64,000 bases of DNA, taken from the NCBI RefSeq assembly GCF_009914755.1, contig NC_060935.1, one strand, 5' to 3'. Below the pieces are notes generated by a model that worked only from the letters and a program-made list of their open reading frames with translations, ran no database searches and was not told the DNA's origin. The position numbers were made by a program, and so were the translations under genes. Shown here in pieces: positions 53,136 through 64,000 of this stretch (the stretch's first letter is position 1; every line of letters starts with the position of its first letter). The DNA comes from the human T2T-CHM13v2.0 reference genome, Homo sapiens.

Positions 53136-54855
53136 CTCTTTATGTATATTTTTAAAATATTATTATGGCTGCTGGATAATGAATGAAAAGGGAGAAGCAA
53201 GAATGCAAGTAAGTAGATTACAAGTTTCTGCAATGGCTCAGATGAGAGATACTAAGAATGGTTATAGACAAGAGGTTGGATTTGATATGAATATTGGAAA
53301 TAGAAAAATAGGAATTGCTAATGTATTGGATATGGCAGTAAGGGGAAGAGAAGAGTCAAAGATAACTCCCAGATTTTTAATTGAGTATCTGAGTGACTTG
53401 TAGTAATATGTATTGGGATTAAGAGGAGCAAGAGAGAAATGAATGGGGGTGTAATGAATCAAGAGTTCTGCTTTAGATAAGTTGAGTTTAGAATGCCAAT
53501 GAGAATTTAAGTGGAAATATAAAATAGGAAATTGGATAAGTGTTTGTAGTTCATGGAAAAGTTCTGAGCTACAAGTTTAATTTTTGGTGGTATCAGCACA
53601 TAGATGGTGTTTAAAATATTGGACCAGGCACCTATTTCTGTATTTACCCCTCCATTGTAAACAAATAAAAATACATATGAAACAATGGTTTACAGAAATT
53701 GGATGACTGACTCCTGAGAGAGGGAAAACAAACATGGTGAATTCTAGAATTGATACAGCTTACTATCTTAAGATAATATTTAGGATACAGTGGAGGGAGG
53801 AGAAATACAAACAGAGCCTGGCAGTTTCCCTGAGTCAAGGAAGCTAAGTTGAGAATGCAGAAAGAAATTCATTGAGCAGCACACTAAAGAGAAGTGAGGT
53901 GATGAGAAAGAGCTCTAGAAATAAGGAAAGGTTTTCTTCTTGAGTCTTTAGCTGAATACATGTTAGTGCTTATATGTGAGAAAGCTACCTGAGCCTGGAG
54001 AAACAGGCACAAATTCTTTGATATTTCTCTCCCCAGGAGGTAGAGCTTACAGTGGATAAACCTGGCAGATAGCATCTTAATCAAGTGATTGAAGTTAACC
54101 TCATCAGTACTAGGATATGTTGATATCATGTACCTCCTGATATGATATGATGAGAAGGCCACTTATTCTTTGTGGTATTATTCCCAGAATTCTATAACAC
54201 AGTGTAATCATAATAAGCCATCAGACAAACTTACAGTGGGGACCATTTTACAAAATTCATGATCTGTGTTCTTCAGAAGTGTCAAAGTCATGAAAGACAA
54301 GGAAAAACTGAGGAGCTGTCACAGGTGGGAGGGGATTAAAGAGATATAACAACTAAATTCACTGTGGTACAGGCATACTTTGAAGATATTGTGGGTTTGG
54401 TTCTAGACCACTGCAATAAAGCAAATTTCACAATAAAGTGAGTCATATAATATTTTAGGTTTCCCAGTGCATGTAAAAGTCATAACCTATTAAGTGTGCA
54501 ATAGCATGATATTTAAAAAATCATATATATCATATTTACAAATACTGTATTGCTAAAAATGTTAATGATTATTTGAGCCTTTACTGATGGAAAGGCTTGC
54601 CTCAATGTTGATGGCTACTGATTGATCAGGGTGGTGATTGCTGAAGGTTGGAGTGGCTGTGGCAATTTTTAACAAGACAACAGTGAAGTTTGCCTCATTG
54701 ACTGATTCTTCCTTTCATGAAAAATTTCTCTGTTGCATGTAATGCTGTTCGATAGCATTTTACCTAAGTAGGCCTTTTTTTTTTTTTTTTTCAAAATTGG
54801 AGTCAATCCTCTCAAACTCTGCTGCTGCTTTATCAACTAAGTTTATGGAACATTC

Positions 54856-56471
<1,616 letters not shown>

Positions 56472-57556
56472 AAGTTTATGTTATATTTTAGATCATTTGT
56501 TGGCATTTCAACAATGTTCACAGCATCTTCACTAAGAGTCGATTTTGTCTCAAGAAACCACTTTTTTTTCCCATCCAGAGGAAGAAGCTTCTCATCCATT
56601 CAAGTTTCATTATGAGATTGCAGCAATTCAGTCACATCTTCAGGCTCCACTTCTAATTGTAGTTCACTTGCTATTTCCACATCTGCAGTTACTTCCTCTA
56701 ATAATGTCTTGAATACTCAAAGTCATCAACTTCTTCAAACTCCTGTTATGGTTGACATTTTGACCTTCTCTCATAAATCACTAATGCTCTTAATGACATC
56801 TTAGAATGGTTAATTATTTCCCAAAGTTTTTCAACTTGTTTTGTCAAGATCCATCAGAAGATTCACAATTTATATGGAAGCTATAGCCTTATGAAATGTA
56901 CTGCTGAACAAATGAGACTTGAAAATTGAAATTTCTCTTTGATCCATGGGCTACAGAGTGGATACTGAGTTTGCAGGTATAAAAACAACATTAATCTTCT
57001 TGCATCTCTCCGTGAGAGCTCTTGTTTGACTAGGTGCACTGTCAATGAGCAGTAATGTTTTGAAAGCAATCTTTTTTATAAGCAGTAAGTCTCAACAATG
57101 GACTGAAAACATTTAGTAAATCATGCTATAAGCAGATGTGCTATCATCTAGGCTTGTTGTTTCATTTATAGAGCACAGGTAGAGTAAATTTAAGGGCTCT
57201 AGGATTTTCAAAATGAAATGGTAATGAGGATTAGTGGCAACTTAAAGTCACCAACTGCTTTAGCCCCTAACAAAAGAGTCAGCCTGTCTTTTGAAGCTTT
57301 GAAGTTAGGCATTAACTTCTCTCTAGCTATGAAAGTCCTAGATGGCATCCTCTTCCGTTATAAGGCTGTTTGGTCTACACTGATTATTTTTTGTTTATTG
57401 TAGCCACCTTCATCAATAATTGTAGGTAGATCTTCTGGATAACTTGCTGAAGCTTCTCCATCAGCACTTGCTGTTTCACCTTGCATTTTTATGTTATGGT
57501 GATGGCTTCTTTCCTTACGTCTCATTAGTCAACCTTTGCTAGCCTCCAACCTTTCT

Positions 57557-57945
57557 TCTTCTTCTTTTTTTTTTATTATACTTTAAGTTTTAGGGTACAT
57601 GTGCACAATGTGCCGGTTAGTTACATATGTATACATGTGCCATGTTGGTGTGCTGAACCCAGTAACTCGTCATTTAACATCAGGTATATCTCCTAATGCT
57701 ATCTCTCCCCCCTCCCCCCACCCCACAACAGGCCCCGGTGTGTGATGCTCCCCTTCCTGTGTCCATGTATTCTCATTGTTCAGTTCCCACCTATGAATGA
57801 GAACATGTGGTGTTTGGTTTTTTGCCCTTGTGATAGTTTGCTGAGAATGATGGTTTCCAGCTTCATCCATGTCTCTACAAAGGACACGAACTCATCATTT
57901 TTTATGGCTGCATAGTATTCCATGGTGTATATGTACCACATAACG
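57557..57945 (-). mobile_element. 5'-truncated L1PA3/4-like 3' end inside Tigger1
   Basis: polyT + ttatactttaagttttagggtac; 19-bp TSD gctagc(c/t)tccaacctttct at 57538-57556 and 57946-57964. Confidence 0.92.
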
Positions 57946-58802
57946 GCTAGCTTCCAACCTTTCTCCTGCAGCTTCCTCACATCTCTCTGCCTTCTTGGAA
58001 TTAAAGAGAGTTTGTGTCTTGCTCTGGATTAGGTTTTGAATTAAAGGAATGTTGTGGCTGGTTTGATCTCCTATTTAGACCACTAAAAGTTTCTCCATAT
58101 CAGCAATAAGGCTGTATTGCTTTCTTATCACTCATGTGTTCACTAATTTCTTTCAATAACTTCTCCTTTCACAACTTGGCTAACTCTTTGGCACAAGAGG
58201 CCAATCTTTTGGCCTATCTCAAACATGCCTTCCTCATAAGCTTAATCATTTCTAGCTTTTGATTTAAAATGATAGTTATGTGACTCTAACTTGAACACTT
58301 AGAGGCCATAGTAGGGTTATTCATTGGCCTAATTTTAATATTGTATCTTAGGGAATAGGGAGGCCTGAAGAGAGGGAGAGAGAGATGAAGGAACGGCTGG
58401 TTGATGGAGCCAGTCAGAATGTACATAACATTTACCTGTTAAGTTCACTATCTTTTATGGACATAGTTCGTGGTGCCACAAAACAATTACGATAGTAATA
58501 TCAAATATTACTGATCACAGGTCACCATAACAGATATACTAATAATGATAAAGTTGGAAATATTTCAAAAATTACCAAAATGTGATACAAACACATGAAT
58601 TGAGCACATGCTGTTGGAAAAATGAAGCTGATAGAGTTGCTCAATACAGGGTTGCCACAAGTCCTCAATTTGTAAAATACATGGTATTTGTGCAGCGCAA
58701 TAAAGTGAAGTGCAACAAAACGAGGTGTGGCTGTGTCCTAGAACATAAATATGTACTTTAGTGGAAAAGGTGGATAAACTAAAACAATTTTGTAGTTTAG
58801 TT

Positions 58803-59327
58803 CAGTGGTCCCCAACCTTTTTGGCACCAGGGACTGGTTTCGTGGAAGACAATTTTTCCAGACTCAGGCCAGGGTGGAATTGTTTTGGAATGATTCAAGT
58901 GCATTACATTTATTGCATACTTTATTTATATTATTATTACATCATAATATATAATGAAATAATTACATATATCACCATAATGTGGAATCAGTAGGAGCCC
59001 TAAGCTTGTTTTCCTGCAAATAGATTGTTTTATCTGGGGGTGATGGGAGACAGTGACAGATCATCAAGCATTAGAATCCCAGGAATGTGCAACCTAGATC
59101 CATTGCATGTGCATTTCACAATAGGGTTCAAACTCCTATGTGAATCTAATGCCACCATTGATCTAACAGGAGGTGGAGCTCAGGAGGTAATGCCAGAGAT
59201 GAGGAATAGCTGTAAATACAGATGAAGCTTTGCCTTCTCAACTGCTGCTCACCTCCTGCTGTGCGTCCCGGTTCCTAACAGGCCATGGATGGGTACCAGT
59301 CCATGACCCAGGGGTTGGAGACCCCTG
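58803..59327. mobile_element. MER1A (hAT-Charlie)
   Basis: cagtggtccccaacctttttggcaccaggg…ggggttggagacccctg; 8-bp TSD gtttagtt. Confidence 0.9.
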
Positions 59328-60687
59328 GTTTAGTTAATGGTAGTGTATGGTTTTTATATTCTTACTTTTAATAATTATACTTTGGTTATGTGAGATATTA
59401 ACATTAAGGGGACGTTGGATAAAGACCATATGAGAATTTACTATCTTTGTAACTTTTCTTTAAGGCTAAAATTACCTCACCATGATTTTTTTCTTTAATA
59501 AAGCAATATTGAGACTTTAGAAGCAATAGGGCAAGGCATTGATATATCACTGGTGGGAGCCTCTCTAATTTCCCACAGGACAAAAAAGTCAATGATATTC
59601 ATTTGGTCTCTTAATATAAAAGTACTGGGGACCTATAGCGGGCCAAGCATTATACTATGACTAGGTTATAGAAGTAAATGAAAGATATATGCTCTTTCAG
59701 TTGGCAAGGGGGTTTATGAGTGTTATATCCACAGGTAGAGGGAGGCTGAGAAGGTTTGGATTTGTGATAATAAAATCGGGTTGGAGTCTCTGCTACAAAT
59801 ATCTTTGCATCATCTTCAAAGTTGATGTGTCCTGGGAAAACCAAGTTTTCATGAAAAAGTAAGGTTTATAATGGAAATGCTTTAAATCAGCAATGTTTAT
59901 ACATTTTTTTAAACTCGTCTTTGATGGTCATATGTGTTGTAAGCTTTTTTCAATGCCTGAGTGTTTCTGGCTTGATAGAGTAGGTAGCGTAGGTATTAGG
60001 GCAGGCTTGCTAACATCCTCAGGTATGTGCTGAATATTCTCAATGCATTTGTCAGTATTAATGTTGTGAAATCCATATCTGTGTGTATTCTGTACCACTT
60101 TCAATATTCCTTTTCTATATCTCCTATTAAGAAAAACATTTAAGAGAGCTACTTTTCTGTCTTTATTCCTTTGTGAATAGTAATATTTAAAGGGATTATT
60201 ACAGATATTAAAATAAGTAGACTGAATATTGAATGAGTGAGAATAGAGGTATTTATGAGATTTGTATGCTTCTGGCATCCTCCTGGGAATTTTTTTTCCA
60301 GCAGCATAGCCTGTAAATATTTAATATTTTCCAGATATTATCCTCAGAGCCTCAATCCATTAACTCAAGTGCATGCTACAAAAACATATTTGTATACTAT
60401 TGACAGTACATGAAAAGAGGAAGGAAAGAAAATGAAATGATTTTTCTATCAAGTACCATGATTTAGTCATTTCTGTGTTCTCTATGGATTTAGCTCAGTG
60501 CTTGGCAATACTGGTAGGTGATAAATTCAATTTTGTTGAAGTGAGTGAGTAAATGAATATATTAACCATTGTTTCATTTAAAGGGTGTAAAGCATAATAA
60601 CCTTTTCTTTTGTGTCAGAGAATGTTTTCCACAAAGCCACCAGGGTACCTGGTGCTGTTCATGTATTTCAGAAATGTTTCTTGTGTA

Positions 60688-60701
60688 CCAGTAGATGGCA
60701 G
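60688..60701 (+). promoter_or_regulatory. CTCF core motif match
   Basis: CCAGTAGATGGCAG fits CCASYAGRKGGCRS, in sequence with no recognised repeat. Motif only; no binding data. Confidence 0.5.
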
Positions 60702-62069
60702 TCCTTCTTCACGTCCTATCTTTCTTTAAAAGAAAAAAAGGATGAAAGAGATTGAAAAAGAAAGAGATGAAAATGGAAACAGATAAAGATAGTTTTTTAA
60801 ATTCAGCACATTGTGTTTATTTAATTTTTATGAATAGATTTTAAAAAATTAACTGTTAAGAAGCAGGGAAAGTTAAAATGTGTCTTAAGTTAATTGGAAA
60901 TAAACCATCAAACGCAATTGACTTTGTGCTAGCTCATCAAATTTCATACCAATGAATTACATTTTGATTAAATGTCACTGTGTATTTCTTTCTGAAAATA
61001 AGCTTATCAATAGCCACATGGCCTGTGTGATTTTCAACGTAAATGTCAGCCAGTTTCTTGCCATGCTGGACACTCAAATGATGCAGACTTCAGTTTAAGT
61101 TTGGGGGCTCCACTTTGTTATCAGCCTGGTACCTTGGAGAGTATTTAGGGAAACCGTCAAACTATTTTTCTCACCAAAACGTTTAAAATTTGTTGAGCAG
61201 CTCAGAATGCTGCAGATATCTGGACAACTGCATGCCCTCGCACTGAAGCATAGGATGGAAAACCGACCCAACAGGAGCTCATTATACATTTCCACAGAGA
61301 TTCCCAATATGTGAAACATGCCGATGCATTCATATTGCATCTCCACTACAGTAGTTGCTAGGGAGCAAACTGAGTTCACCAGTTTCATTTCCTTTGGAAA
61401 GTATCTTTATTTGAAACCTAAATCATGGGTTCCAGAATAATTTCCTCAACCTCTTCCCCTGATTACATTCATCATTTTTCCATCTACTTCAGCCCTGTCA
61501 CACTGACCCTACTCCAATGAGAAAAAACATGACTAAAGCCCAGGGAACAACTCAGAATTTCAAATACTGGGTTTAGTTTCCAATGGATTTCTTTTTTGTA
61601 TTCTCTTACTTTTGTGTTCTACAATTTGCCAACAGCTGAAAGAACCACAACCTTAAATGTTTTCTAATCTACAGCCATTGTTAACCACAGAATTTAGGAC
61701 ATGATAAAAACACAGGTTCCTTGTATAGGGGTAGCTTCTCACATATTTCTCATGAAATTTATTCTCTAAAAATAAATTGCTATATGGATAGTTTGACTAA
61801 CTTTATATTATACTCAGGCTCTGTATTTTTATTTTGCTTTAGTGTTTGAGGGATGTATAAAACCAACTACACACAATTGCACACACACACACAAATTGCA
61901 AAAGACACACCAAGACACTTTATGTTTACTGTGATTATATATGTCTTCCTTTGACGTAACTGGAAATAACAGTCAGAATGCACACAATTCAACCACTGAA
62001 GCTACATACTGAATAATTTTTAATGTTTGTGTATGTGTTTCCCCATTAGGCTTTGAGACAGATGAGGGC

Positions 62070-63700
<1,631 letters not shown>

Positions 63701-64000
63701 GAACTATCACCAGCATGTAGCACAAGACCTAGCACTGAGTGGGTGTTAATATACACTTGTGGAATTGAATTTATCAAGTACACTTTGTCATCACTACAAT
63801 GTCATCACTACCTCACACTACAAAGTGTGATCCATGTAACACCCAGAAATATTCATCTTCTATACTGATATGAGTTTTAGGATGCAAACCTGTATAATCA
63901 GGTAAAACAGCTAGTGTGTAGTTTAGTGAAAGGTTAAACCTTACGGTCATCTAAGGGGAAGGAAAGTGGAATTTATAGCTCTACCTTTAAGAATTCTCTT

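Noticed and set aside
59928-61388. Minus-strand ORFs of 116 aa and 97 aa in unique sequence
   Set aside because: No recognisable domain or convincing splice boundaries; lengths compatible with chance.

Overview
Human genomic DNA (a consensus-matching AluYa5 fixes the species), about 75-80% interspersed repeats by eye. I recognise no intact protein-coding gene. The only cellular-gene sequence is a processed TUBA1B (alpha-tubulin) pseudogene at about 54856-56471, nested in a near full-length Tigger1 inside an old L1. The other long ORFs in the track come from L1, Alu, LTR or microsatellite sequence. Main structures: (1) a full-length L1PA7-like element (37356-43988, minus) with a perfectly pure (GGAA)52 in its 5'UTR and an L1-retrotransposed HERV-W/LTR17 U3-R fragment directly upstream in the same orientation; (2) three 5'-inverted (twin-primed) L1s, two of which join 5'UTR sequence to the extreme 3' end with about 4.6-5.3 kb missing; (3) a 74-bp MER21 patch apparently copied locally into an L1; (4) an unassigned ~250-bp hairpin/MITE-like element; (5) a 4x31-bp E-box minisatellite inside an ERV1 LTR; (6) repeat-free islands with a CTCF motif and candidate + strand exons. 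I see no evidence for a new multi-gene system; the leads are regulatory or concern retrotransposition mechanism. Subfamily names come from recalled consensus sequences and need RepeatMasker/Dfam confirmation. Boundaries of old elements are approximate.
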